From the IMG/VR virus record IMGVR_UViG_3300014059_000005, positions 75,666 through 139,665 of that record: a DNA stretch of 64,000 bases. One strand, given 5' to 3'. Below the pieces are notes generated by a model. It made no database searches, was not told the origin of the DNA, and saw nothing but the letters and a program-made list of their open reading frames with translations. This document shows, piece after piece, positions 54,808 to 63,243 of the stretch. Within the stretch, counting starts at the first letter, position 1. The number at the start of each line of letters is the position of its first letter. Source of the DNA: a virus (Duplodnaviria > Caudoviricetes). Both the position numbers and the translations under genes were made by a program.

Positions 54808-55091
54808 AGGGAGTTTTCCTCCTCCCCCAGATGGGAGAACTGATGATGGTATCTCTCGTGTCCGAAGATGCCGCTATCGCCACATCTGATGATGCCTGCT
54901 GCCGATCCTGAGCAAGAGGAAGAGTTCCAGCTGTCGCGGTAGTTGCATCCCTCGCTCATGGACCGAGAAAGCATGGTACTATGCTCACTGTCGTCACAGC
55001 TAGATACGTTGTTTGAGGTGATTTCATCTGGGTTGATGGCGTACAAGAATGCCATGATACGTCGTCTGTTCCTTCTGTGAAATCGTTTCAT
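54804..55091 (-). CDS. MKRF-tag small protein
   Basis: MKRFHRR start at 55091. Confidence 0.65.
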   Translation of the reverse strand: MKRFHRRNRRRIMAFLYAINPDEITSNNVSSCDDSEHSTMLSRSMSEGCNYRDSWNSSSCSGSAAGIIRCGDSGIFGHERYHHQFSHLGEEENSL

Positions 55092-55117
55092 GTTGGATCT
55101 CTGGATTTGCTCTAATG

Positions 55118-55150
55118 AAAAACAGGAGGGTGGACCAATCCACCCTCCTG
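55118..55150 (-). terminator. Intrinsic terminator
   Basis: 12-bp stem caggagggtgga/tccaccctcctg followed by a U5 tract on the - strand. Confidence 0.65.
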
Positions 55151-55194
55151 CTACGCGATCCCCATCCGATCGCGTTGCCCCCAATCTGTGACGA

Positions 55195-55503
55195 TTACTG
55201 GATCGATTCGGTGGGTAGGTTGCCTTCCCACGGATAGTGACAGACAAAGGACTGGATATACAGGGTCACGGTGCCCACCAGTTCGGTTCGAGCCTTTCTC
55301 GAACCGTGTGTCTGGTTGAAATCCTGGCTGGCCATCAGGCTCGATAGCCGCCCGGTCCAGTGGACCCAGGACGCCTCGGTCAGAGTTACCCAGCCAAATC
55401 CGATGGTCTTGACTCGACCCACGAAATACAGGGTATCCGTGCAGATGAACACTTTTTCCCCCACGTCGAATGGGGTTCCCATCTCGCTTGCACTACTGCT
55501 CAT
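55195..55503 (-). CDS. Hypothetical protein (Sm/SH3-like)
   Basis: VGEKVFICTDTLYFVGRV...LTEASW; has its own promoter. Confidence 0.55.
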   Translation of the reverse strand: MSSSASEMGTPFDVGEKVFICTDTLYFVGRVKTIGFGWVTLTEASWVHWTGRLSSLMASQDFNQTHGSRKARTELVGTVTLYIQSFVCHYPWEGNLPTESIQ

Positions 55504-55536
55504 AAGTTTCCCTCAGAAGTCTAGATACCGAATCAA

Positions 55537-55566
55537 CAACTATTGCACAGGTTTCGCCAAAGTCAA
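55537..55566 (-). promoter_or_regulatory. Repeated promoter TTGACT-N16-AATAGT
   Basis: Motif copy. Confidence 0.75.
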
Positions 55567-55579
55567 ATCAAAATTCACA

Positions 55580-55834
55580 TCAGCCCCTATGGCCCTCGTA
55601 GAAAGAGTGGTAGCTATCGACCGTATTTATTGCGAAGCTCCCACTCAGGCACAGAGAACGTCCTCGGAAAGATGACAGCATTTCGGGCGGAGCATTGCAG
55701 GATCGGGGCAGCGGTGTGGGATCCATCCCAGATCCGTCCTGGGATAGTGAGGAATGATCGGAATGGGTAGCGTCCTGAGATGTGCTCAGAAAGGCCATGC
55801 GATCGGAGTATGTTTTGGTGTTGAAGCGTTTCAT
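55580..55834 (-). CDS. MKRF-tag small protein
   Basis: MKRFN start. Confidence 0.65.
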   Translation of the reverse strand: MKRFNTKTYSDRMAFLSTSQDATHSDHSSLSQDGSGMDPTPLPRSCNAPPEMLSSFRGRSLCLSGSFAINTVDSYHSFYEGHRG

Positions 55835-55853
55835 GGTACTCCACGAGAAGGAC

Positions 55854-56081
55854 TCATCTGGGATAGATCAGGGTTTCGTAGCCCATGTCGTCGAGTTCGA
55901 CCACTTCCTGATCCATCTCTATCGCCATCTCACAGGCTCGCTTGATTGCTGTGTCACGATTCTTGGTGGCGAACAGAGTTCGGTCGCTCTGCATGTCGTC
56001 CAGGGAGACGACCCAGAGACCCTCTTCTTCGGATTCCGATACGTCGTCATACCAGACACACAATCGAGTCTTGACTTTCAT
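55854..56081 (-). CDS. Small acidic hypothetical protein
   Basis: MKVKTRL start with an AAGGA RBS. Confidence 0.5.
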   Translation of the reverse strand: MKVKTRLCVWYDDVSESEEEGLWVVSLDDMQSDRTLFATKNRDTAIKRACEMAIEMDQEVVELDDMGYETLIYPR

Positions 56082-56097
56082 GGATGTCCTTTCGTGA

Positions 56098-56346
56098 TTA
56101 GATGGTTTCACTGTAAGCATCGGGATTTCCAGGTCCGCTATCCATGTAGGATCGGTGTGGCTCACTGGTCAGTATCAGGTCGGGGCAGTTATTGGTGATG
56201 TGCATACCACTGTCGGCGTCATGCCAGGTGAGGTCATTGCCAGATCCCAGGGAGGACCCTCGGAGGTTATCGATTACGAATATGGCGAATTCTCCGTCTC
56301 CAGAAGTTAGATGGGACCTGGGGATAGTGGTGTTGAATCGCTTCAT
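56098..56346 (-). CDS. MKRF-tag small protein
   Basis: MKRFNT start at 56346. Confidence 0.65.
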   Translation of the reverse strand: MKRFNTTIPRSHLTSGDGEFAIFVIDNLRGSSLGSGNDLTWHDADSGMHITNNCPDLILTSEPHRSYMDSGPGNPDAYSETI

Positions 56347-56353
56347 GAGATTT

Positions 56354-56632
56354 CTACTTCCAGATACACCATTCGGTGATGCTAATGCCTTCAGCCCGGA
56401 ACCGCAGGACGAAGAAGATATCCCCTGGCTCTCGCATGCAGTTGTGCCGGATGCGGGTCCACTTGATGTCGTTCTCGCGTAGCCAGGCATTCATCTCCCT
56501 GGAGGGAGGAGGCGATAGCACCAGATCCCCTGAGAATGTCCGTAACCTATCCAGGTCTACTGATCTCCTGGATAGGTTACAGGGATTGGGGAACATGATG
56601 TCTTCGGGCAATCGATCGCTGAGATAGATCAT
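56354..56632 (-). CDS. Hypothetical protein
   Basis: MIYLSDR start. Confidence 0.45.
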   Translation of the reverse strand: MIYLSDRLPEDIMFPNPCNLSRRSVDLDRLRTFSGDLVLSPPPSREMNAWLRENDIKWTRIRHNCMREPGDIFFVLRFRAEGISITEWCIWK

Positions 56633-56645
56633 GAGCTTCTTACAC

Positions 56646-56867
56646 TCAAGTGGGTGCCGATGTGCCACAGTCCGCGATGGTTTCATCCAGGAAGGACAGA
56701 TACCCAAGTACGCCGACTTCGTCCAGGAAGGATATTTGTCCAGGTGAGCCAGGTCTGCTCGGTGAGCCGCCACTACTCATATAGGATGTATCCGGTATGG
56801 CTACGTCTTCGATGTGAGAGCAATTTACATCGTCTCGACGGTATGGGTGCAAATGGAATCGTCTCAT
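56646..56867 (-). CDS. MKRF-like (MRRF) small protein
   Basis: MRRFH start. Confidence 0.6.
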   Translation of the reverse strand: MRRFHLHPYRRDDVNCSHIEDVAIPDTSYMSSGGSPSRPGSPGQISFLDEVGVLGYLSFLDETIADCGTSAPT

Positions 56868-57154
56868 TCACCATCTCCAAAGCCGCCCAGGTCCCAGAAG
56901 CCCTCTTCACCATCTCCAATGTCGTCATCACCCTCCAGATCGTCTTCCAGGGGCACCAGGAAGCCCTCGGTGCCGTTGAGGCTACGGAACCCGTCTGGGA
57001 CATAGGTTGCCCTCTGGAACGATCCTATGCGATTGTAGGTATCCTTCTTGCATTCCTCGGAGTGCTCCAGTTTCCACTCATCGCCGTTGGTGTCGCGAAG
57101 TCGCTCGATCCTGCCAAATAGAACCTGGATAACGAATGCTCGGAGGTTGCGCAT
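56864..57154 (-). CDS. Acidic hypothetical protein
   Basis: Strong AAGGAG RBS. Confidence 0.55.
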   Translation of the reverse strand: MRNLRAFVIQVLFGRIERLRDTNGDEWKLEHSEECKKDTYNRIGSFQRATYVPDGFRSLNGTEGFLVPLEDDLEGDDDIGDGEEGFWDLGGFGDGE

Positions 57155-57163
57155 GGTTACTCC

Positions 57164-57439
57164 TTATGTTGATTGGGACTGATAGCCGGTCATGCACATT
57201 TGTTCAGAATCCCCGGATAGGTTGCAGGATGGGTATTCGACCTCCATATCGTCGTAATCGATTTTGCTCGTGGTGTTGGATAGTTCCGATCCATCGGTGT
57301 ACGAGCAGTACCCACTGCCGTTGCGGTTACATACGGAAACTCGTTCCTGGCGGTGTTGACCGAGTGTTCCCGAACCACTGCCACAGTAGGAGGCAGAGTC
57401 CAAGTCCCGTAGATATTCCTTGACCTGGAATCGTTTCAT
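57164..57439 (-). CDS. MKRF-tag small protein
   Basis: MKRFQ start. Confidence 0.65.
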   Translation of the reverse strand: MKRFQVKEYLRDLDSASYCGSGSGTLGQHRQERVSVCNRNGSGYCSYTDGSELSNTTSKIDYDDMEVEYPSCNLSGDSEQMCMTGYQSQST

Positions 57440-57753
57440 GTTGGATCCTCTATATCTTCCAGGTCTTCCAGGTCGATGGCGTCGTCAGTTCCGCTTTCGT
57501 AGTGGGAGATACTTCCGTAGTCGAGGTCGTCGCTGTCGTCTTCTGGGACTCCTATGATGGATATGAACGTCGGCGGAAAGGTTGCATTTATCCCGTTGGA
57601 TACGCAGTCGGTATCCGTGTGGGAAAGGTAGTCGTATCTGAGGTACAGGTTGTTGTGCTGCACCCTGGTCGCCATTGTTATGGATATTCCGAAGGTCAGA
57701 TCTCCAGAAGCGAAATACCCACGTCCGGTTATGTGATGCTGGAATCGTTTCAT
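57436..57753 (-). CDS. MKRF-tag small protein
   Basis: MKRFQH start at 57753. Confidence 0.65.
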   Translation of the reverse strand: MKRFQHHITGRGYFASGDLTFGISITMATRVQHNNLYLRYDYLSHTDTDCVSNGINATFPPTFISIIGVPEDDSDDLDYGSISHYESGTDDAIDLEDLEDIEDPT

Positions 57754-57761
57754 GAGGTCTA

Positions 57762-58295
57762 TCACTCCAGGCCAAATACCGCGAGTATGGTAGATAGCCC
57801 AGGATCCACCAACTCTAGGGGTGATTGGAGGGTAGACCCACCTCGGATCTTCTCCGTCGTCGGTTTGTGTTTGTGGTAGTATTCCCCCACGAACAGGTAG
57901 GCATCCCTATCCCAGGAGATATCGAACGATCTTCCGACCAGGATCCAACGATCCAACGACGACGATGCTTTCGCACTACCGCTGAGGTAGTGCGGGGTGA
58001 TCTTGCCGTAGACCTCCTCGTAGGGTTGCCCACCGAGGGAGCAGTCTAACTCGGCCAGGGTCAGGGCTGGTTCGATATTGGGATGCTCGCCGTATGCCAG
58101 TCCGCATGGCGAACATGCCCCTTCTCCGGGTTTGGCCAGGTACACGACTCGTAATCCGCCCCCACTGCGGAATGCGTGCAGTCTGCATTTCCCCGTTTTC
58201 AATTGATCGTCGAGATGGGGATAGGTCCTCAATTCGAGAGGTGGGTTCAATGCCGATTTGGACCATCTGGTCTCGTTATTTATGCTTTGTTCCAT
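57762..58295 (-). CDS. Hypothetical protein
   Basis: AAGGAG RBS, 177 aa. Confidence 0.6.
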   Translation of the reverse strand: MEQSINNETRWSKSALNPPLELRTYPHLDDQLKTGKCRLHAFRSGGGLRVVYLAKPGEGACSPCGLAYGEHPNIEPALTLAELDCSLGGQPYEEVYGKITPHYLSGSAKASSSLDRWILVGRSFDISWDRDAYLFVGEYYHKHKPTTEKIRGGSTLQSPLELVDPGLSTILAVFGLE

Positions 58296-58329
58296 CGTTT
58301 TCTCCTTGGAGGTTTGCGGAATCGCGAAC

Positions 58330-58635
58330 TCAGTTGCCGTTCTTCGGGGTCAGCAGGGATGCCCATCTGTCTCTGTCCTCACCCTCCGGGACCAGGATCG
58401 CTAGGATGGAGGTCGGAGGTAGATACAGTATGCACGGACCTCCATATATGATTTGTTGTGGGGGACCCTTCGCCAAGTCCACGAAGCAGGTGAAGCCTTC
58501 CGCAGTCCCCAGGCTAGCCGGAAGGATCTGGATGCCAGGGTCCAGTTTCCACACCGACTCCCTTGCTAGGAACTCCGCCCTCCCCGCGAAAAAGGTATGG
58601 TGGGTGGTCAGGATGATGCTCACTTGTGGTTCCAT
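58330..58635 (-). CDS. Hypothetical protein
   Basis: AAGGAG RBS; same 5' leader as the 58295 gene. Confidence 0.55.
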   Translation of the reverse strand: MEPQVSIILTTHHTFFAGRAEFLARESVWKLDPGIQILPASLGTAEGFTCFVDLAKGPPQQIIYGGPCILYLPPTSILAILVPEGEDRDRWASLLTPKNGN

Positions 58636-58668
58636 CGTTTTCTCCTTGGGTTGTGTTCGGTTACGAGA

Positions 58669-58698
58669 CAACCATGCAACACGTTTCGTGGAAGTCAA
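58669..58698 (-). promoter_or_regulatory. Repeated promoter TTGACT-N16-CATGGT
   Basis: Motif copy. Confidence 0.65.
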
Positions 58699-58699
58699 A

Positions 58700-58888
58700 T
58701 CATTTCTTCCGTAGGATTAGCCGGAATCCCTGGAATTCATGCTGAGAATCCTGGTGGTCGCTTAACCGTAGGGAGGATCTGGGGATGCGTAGGGGAGGCG
58801 CGATATCCGTCCAGGCGGATCCACGAATACTAGACGTGGATTCTGCACAGACAACGACCAGAGGTTTGGGCCTGGCAATGAGAATCAA
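58700..58888 (-). CDS. CLec/FGE variable micro-gene 29 (divergent, TTG start)
   Basis: LILIARPKPL...IRGSAW...QGFRLILRKK. Confidence 0.7.
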   Translation of the reverse strand: MILIARPKPLVVVCAESTSSIRGSAWTDIAPPLRIPRSSLRLSDHQDSQHEFQGFRLILRKK

Positions 58889-59061
58889 GGTGTTCTCTTT
58901 CTGAGGATGACTCGAAAACCCAAACAACTGAGGTAGAAAGTATCGCTGGTCCAGTAGCGGAATGACGCTCTACAGTTGAAATCAGTACTGAACCAGCAAC
59001 CGTTACGGATGATCCTTTCGTAGCCCTGGAGAATTGGTTTAGGCTCGATGACCAGGATCAT
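58885..59061 (-). CDS. CLec/FGE variable micro-gene 30
   Basis: MILVIEPKPILQGYERIIRNGCWFSTDFNCRASFRYWTSDTFYLSCLGFRVILRKRTP. Confidence 0.8.
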   Translation of the reverse strand: MILVIEPKPILQGYERIIRNGCWFSTDFNCRASFRYWTSDTFYLSCLGFRVILRKRTP

Positions 59062-59687
59062 ACCGTCTCCAGTGCTCCCTGGCAGATGCGGGCATTGGCA
59101 AACCGACCCGTTTCTCGTACAGAGTCGATGTTGTGGAATCCACCTCGGTTGCGGTCTGCCCTGATGCTGTAGATGCCTTCCTTCTGCATGAGGTCAGCCA
59201 GGGCGAACCAGTTGATCGCCCTTTCTGGATGGCCGATCAGTTCGTGAACCAGGGGTTGGAATTGCTTGGGTAGGGCCTTGTAATCCTTGACCAGGATGGA
59301 GAACTCCAGATCGGGATAGATGTTCTGGATCAGATGCTTCTGGAGTTTGGCTCCTCGAACTGTTTTCCCGTGGCATCGAACCCGATCGGCAAGGATCCGA
59401 CAGTGGAGCACTCCACCCATGTCCGTCCAGCAGAATACGTCCAGGACCGTGGAGGTGGCCTGATAGCCGTATCGATTGGCTACCCCGCCTCCGTTGATGT
59501 GGTAGTGCCCATGCCCTTCCTGGACCATACTGGTCAGGAACTCCTGGCTGACCTCGGAAGGTCGGACCAACCGACTCCGTTGCTGGCGGTTGGCCCCGTC
59601 CAGGCCGATCTTGACCGCTGTGGTAAGGACGTGCAGGGACTCCACTTTGTTCGTGGATACGAAGGAATAGTCGTACTTGTGGTTCAT
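59058..59687 (-). CDS. Hypothetical protein with C-terminal TIGR02996-like motif
   Basis: LIGHPERAINWFALADLMQKEG resembles the WFALTDALIEEG segment of the FGE protein. Confidence 0.55.
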   Translation of the reverse strand: MNHKYDYSFVSTNKVESLHVLTTAVKIGLDGANRQQRSRLVRPSEVSQEFLTSMVQEGHGHYHINGGGVANRYGYQATSTVLDVFCWTDMGGVLHCRILADRVRCHGKTVRGAKLQKHLIQNIYPDLEFSILVKDYKALPKQFQPLVHELIGHPERAINWFALADLMQKEGIYSIRADRNRGGFHNIDSVRETGRFANARICQGALETV

Positions 59688-59747
59688 GCGTTACTCTTGC
59701 GGGTTGAGGGTGGGAATTCACTTGCCAACATCCGTAGATCCGGACTG

Positions 59748-59942
59748 TTATGAGTTTGAATCCTTTGCCAGCAGCCGTTCGGCGTACCTTTTGCAATCGT
59801 CTAGCCGACGAAACCTATACCTTTGACTGTTGCCATTATTGTCCTTGATGGCTCGATCGAACAATTGCCACTCGTCGGCCCGTGGTGCTTTGTAGCACCA
59901 GAAACGCCCACAAGTCGATTTGTGATCCCGGGTCCATTTCAT
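59748..59942 (-). CDS. Small hypothetical protein
   Basis: GAGGTG RBS downstream of a promoter. Confidence 0.55.
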   Translation of the reverse strand: MKWTRDHKSTCGRFWCYKAPRADEWQLFDRAIKDNNGNSQRYRFRRLDDCKRYAERLLAKDSNS

Positions 59943-59961
59943 CTTTCACCTCTCTTCGGAA

Positions 59962-60046
59962 GGCAGGGGGGCGAGCCTGCCCGTGAGTTGATTGGGCGAA
60001 CAAACAACTATTGCATACTTTCCGAGGTTGTCAAATCCGAACGACT
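59962..60046 (-). promoter_or_regulatory. ~85-bp promoter-leader module, copy 1 (TTGACA-N16-AATAGT plus GGCAGG/CCTGCC hairpin)
   Basis: Closely similar to 60600-60683. Confidence 0.75.
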
Positions 60047-60050
60047 TATG

Positions 60051-60356
60051 TCATTCCTGTGGGTTGTGATTGTTCAGGATCTTGGACATGCCGCCCATCT
60101 GGATGATCTTTTCCAGGTCTTCGTTGGTCAGGGAGGATACCCCGGAGTCCTCTTCCAATCGACGCCTTTGGATGCAGGTGTCGTGCTTCTCCTCTATCTT
60201 TCGTGTCCTCTCAGCGGATTGTCTTCTTTGCTCCAGGGCGATTTCTTGTAACCTTACCGGATCGTGTTGCCAGCAATAGTGCTTACCGTCCCGCACAACG
60301 GTGGGACGCCTTTCGCAGTGTCCCATGAACCGGAGTCTTCCCTGGCATTGATCCAT
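60051..60356 (-). CDS. Hypothetical protein with C-C-C-H zinc finger
   Basis: CQG...HC...YCWQHDP. Confidence 0.55.
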   Translation of the reverse strand: MDQCQGRLRFMGHCERRPTVVRDGKHYCWQHDPVRLQEIALEQRRQSAERTRKIEEKHDTCIQRRRLEEDSGVSSLTNEDLEKIIQMGGMSKILNNHNPQE

Positions 60357-60580
60357 TACTCGACCTCCAGTCCACAGAAGAAAAGCATGGCGTTTCGCAA
60401 CTCCAGCATTTTCTCTGGAGTGGTGCTACCGTCTCGACCTATCAGGGTGAAGAGTACCCTCTCAGCGATGATGGCCCTCTTGATCTGGTCTCCTAGGTGT
60501 TTCCACCCGTTGCCCCATTCACTCTTGATCTGGTCGAACATGATCTTGCACATCGTCTGGGTGTGATCCTTGGTCTTCAT
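60356..60580 (-). CDS. Small hypothetical protein
   Basis: Downstream of a promoter module. Confidence 0.55.
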   Translation of the reverse strand: MKTKDHTQTMCKIMFDQIKSEWGNGWKHLGDQIKRAIIAERVLFTLIGRDGSTTPEKMLELRNAMLFFCGLEVE

Positions 60581-60599
60581 CCCTCATCTCCACAGTGAG

Positions 60600-60683
60600 G
60601 GCAGGGGGCGAGCCTGCCCAGGGATTGGTTGGGCGAACGAACAACTATTGCACACTTTCCGAACTTGTCAAATCCGAACGACT
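60600..60683 (-). promoter_or_regulatory. ~85-bp promoter-leader module, copy 2
   Basis: Closely similar to 59962-60046. Confidence 0.75.
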
Positions 60684-61083
60684 ACCGGACCATCAGGTTC
60701 TCGAACACTGGCTGCATGTCGAATCCTTCCGCTAGGTCTTTGCACCTCTGGTACAGGTTCTGGATGGCGTTCCCGTAGCCCTCGAAGTGCAGGTTGCCCT
60801 GGGCCGATGCGATTCGCAGACAACCATTGTGGTACAGAGACTCTGCAATCTGCGAAAAGGCGTCCCATTTTGCCATATCGTAGGAGTGCCATTCCGGGTA
60901 TTCCCCGGACTCGATCAACTCTTCACACGACTCTCGGACGCCCTGCACACCGTTCCAGATGCCGTCGATCTCTGGCACCAGTGCGGTCAACTGGGGCAAC
61001 CCCATTATCGTTTCCAGATGCTGGTATGCTGAACACTCGACGAATTCACCGTTTGGCAGCAACCAACCGTATACGCCCTTCAT
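60682..61083 (-). CDS. Hypothetical protein
   Basis: GWLLPNGEFVEC..YQH; has RBS. Confidence 0.55.
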   Translation of the reverse strand: MKGVYGWLLPNGEFVECSAYQHLETIMGLPQLTALVPEIDGIWNGVQGVRESCEELIESGEYPEWHSYDMAKWDAFSQIAESLYHNGCLRIASAQGNLHFEGYGNAIQNLYQRCKDLAEGFDMQPVFENLMVR

Positions 61084-61092
61084 AACCCTCTC

Positions 61093-61923
61093 CTAATCAA
61101 CAGGTTCCGTCTCCAGGATGTAGCCACCATGTGGACTACTCGACCGTGTTACTCGTACCTGTCCATGCCCCACGGGCAGGGGAACCTCCAGCTTGCGGAA
61201 GATGGCCGCTTTGGCATCCACCAGAGGGGCGACGATGCTACCGTACTCCCCCACCAGCAAACCGCCCACGATGCCCGAGGTATTGAGTTGGCTCAGATTG
61301 TCCACCAACCAGTTACGCTGGGCCTGAGATACCCAGAACAGATCCCCAGATAGGTTACTGTTGATGGCTCCAATAGCATCCCGTATCTGCCGCATCTGGG
61401 ATAGTGTGGAGGACAGAACTTCCGACTCTCGATACACCCGGAGAAGTTCGTCCAGGTTCAGTAGTTGCTGCTCCAGGGTTTCCCTCTTGCGCATCTCCTG
61501 TGGGCTCAGTTCTGCCAGATCCAGGAGATCGGCAGGAGAGGGAACATTCCGGACGACTGCCGGGGTTGGGGCCACCGGCTCTGGTGTAGGGATGTTCAGA
61601 GGCACTTGCGGGATGCGAGCCCGGATATCTTCCTTGATCTCCTCTACCACGGGGGCAGGAGGTTGCCCCATGATGGCGTAGTAGTGTTCCTGGATCTCCT
61701 GTTTTTCCTGCTCCGTTCTGGCATCCCGCATCTTGCTGTACTTGCGGGACCGTAACAGGAAGATATCGACCTCTGCGATGGGATCCAGGCCGAAGAACCG
61801 TTTGGCGGCTACGCAAGCGTCTTCTCCATCCACCCGCTGGAAGGTGGATGGGGTCGTTGCCATCCCCTCCTGGACCTTCCTGCGGGGGATGTGGCCGTAG
61901 TAGTGGCGATCGCGGTCGATCAT
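61093..61923 (-). CDS. Hypothetical protein
   Basis: 276 aa, ATGA-coupled to micro-gene 31. Confidence 0.6.
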   Translation of the reverse strand: MIDRDRHYYGHIPRRKVQEGMATTPSTFQRVDGEDACVAAKRFFGLDPIAEVDIFLLRSRKYSKMRDARTEQEKQEIQEHYYAIMGQPPAPVVEEIKEDIRARIPQVPLNIPTPEPVAPTPAVVRNVPSPADLLDLAELSPQEMRKRETLEQQLLNLDELLRVYRESEVLSSTLSQMRQIRDAIGAINSNLSGDLFWVSQAQRNWLVDNLSQLNTSGIVGGLLVGEYGSIVAPLVDAKAAIFRKLEVPLPVGHGQVRVTRSSSPHGGYILETEPVD

Positions 61924-62102
61924 GTACTGATCCTCTTACGAAGAATGATGCGGAATCCTCGATCATCGTCCCGGGATCTGGGACCGAAGGCACTACGGAA
62001 ATAGGCTTGTCGGGGATAACTGGTCAAAACGAACCATCCATCCCCTCGGGTTACTCGGTAGCTACCCAGGATAATCGGTTTGGGCTTTGCTATCAGGATC
62101 AT
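61920..62102 (-). CDS. CLec/FGE variable micro-gene 31
   Basis: MILIAKPKPIILGSYRVTRGDGW...RGFRIILRKRIST; first gene after a promoter. Confidence 0.8.
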   Translation of the reverse strand: MILIAKPKPIILGSYRVTRGDGWFVLTSYPRQAYFRSAFGPRSRDDDRGFRIILRKRIST

Positions 62103-62126
62103 GTGTCTCTACCTTCCAGGGCTCCA

Positions 62127-62156
62127 CAACTATGACACATGATCCTGAGAAGTCAA
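62127..62156 (-). promoter_or_regulatory. Repeated promoter TTGACT-N16-CATAGT
   Basis: Motif copy. Confidence 0.75.
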
Positions 62157-62163
62157 ATCGGAA

Positions 62164-63069
62164 TCAGGACTGCTTTTCCTCGATCGCTTTCCGCAGAGCG
62201 ACCTTGTATCCTTCCTTGAGTGATTCCCAACCTCCCTGATCGCTGACACCCTTCTCGATTTCCTCCAGGGTCTTCAACTGCTGAGCGAGGGTCGCCAGAC
62301 GATTTTTGGTGTCCTGGATACTCTCCTGGAGTCTGGATTCCCAGTCTTCTGGGTTCTTCCCCAGGTTGGCCTTGCTGCCGTGGATCCAGTCCGGTTCGTC
62401 GGACTGGATCACACGTTCTGTGCTCGTCAGGATGCCCGTCTTCTGGAGATACCAGAGCAAATTCTGACCGTACAGGGTCTCGAACTTTTCTCGCTCCAGG
62501 GTCTCCCTGACGTACTCCTCCAGAGAATCACTGGAGATGCAGACCTCGGAATCGATGAAGACGTAGCGGCTGTCCCGCCTACGCTTCTCCGTCTCCAGAG
62601 TTTCGACCATCTTCCGAACGACAACCCCGACTGAAGACGTGTCGGTGATGCTTTTCGGACCGACGGCGATGTGGTCGGACCCTCCCCATTTGAAAGTGGC
62701 CGACTCGTAGACGTACCATTTGTACAGATCGGGATTCTCCAGGACGAACTTCTTCTGCCCCTCCGTCAGGAAGTTGAACCGGATCAGGGGGTGCTTCCCT
62801 TCCTTGTTCCAGTCCTTGCGGGACCCGTTCCACAAGTCCGACAGGGTTACTGGCTCGGACTTCAATTCGTCCCAGACCTTGTTGGTGATCTCGTAATACC
62901 CCTCCAGGTCTGAGAGCTTCACATACCCGGATTCGATCAGTTCCCGCACGGCCTTCTTCCTCTTTCGCGTGTCGGATTCGATCTCGGACGCCACCATCGT
63001 GCGGGGAAGTCCGTAGGCGACGGCCCGGATGCACCTGTTGAGCAGGGTTTCGTGGAGGGAGGAACTCAT
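62164..63069 (-). CDS. Hypothetical protein with N-terminal wHTH-like region
   Basis: AVRELIESGYVK...YYEIT; C-terminal coiled coil. Confidence 0.55.
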   Translation of the reverse strand: MSSSLHETLLNRCIRAVAYGLPRTMVASEIESDTRKRKKAVRELIESGYVKLSDLEGYYEITNKVWDELKSEPVTLSDLWNGSRKDWNKEGKHPLIRFNFLTEGQKKFVLENPDLYKWYVYESATFKWGGSDHIAVGPKSITDTSSVGVVVRKMVETLETEKRRRDSRYVFIDSEVCISSDSLEEYVRETLEREKFETLYGQNLLWYLQKTGILTSTERVIQSDEPDWIHGSKANLGKNPEDWESRLQESIQDTKNRLATLAQQLKTLEEIEKGVSDQGGWESLKEGYKVALRKAIEEKQS

Positions 63070-63112
63070 ACTTGATTTTCCGTTTGCTTGTTTGTTCGTT
63101 CCGACTACACTG

Positions 63113-63142
63113 CAACTATGCACTACGTTTTCCAGGAGTCAA
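63113..63142 (-). promoter_or_regulatory. Repeated promoter TTGACT-N16-CATAGT (leftward)
   Basis: Motif copy. Confidence 0.75.
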
Positions 63143-63145
63143 ACC

Positions 63146-63174
63146 GATTTATGGAAAATTATCCATAAATCCCC
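63146..63174. promoter_or_regulatory. Palindromic operator-like site, copy 1
   Basis: gatttatgga-N6-tccataaatc; repeated at 63565-63598. Confidence 0.6.
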
Positions 63175-63243
63175 AGACGCCAGAAAATCATCGGAAAATC
63201 GACCACTTACCAATTTCTACAGGAAAATACTGAGGAGATCACT

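Noticed and set aside
12203-62102. A complete DGR (RT, Avd, TR) in this window
   Set aside because: No RT motifs (YxDD in an RT context) in any ORF, and no cassette retains the all-AAC template pattern.
12600-63100. Numerous long + strand ORFs in the track (e.g. 20179..21258, 41192..42043)
   Set aside because: Antisense shadows of well-supported - strand genes in GC-rich DNA.
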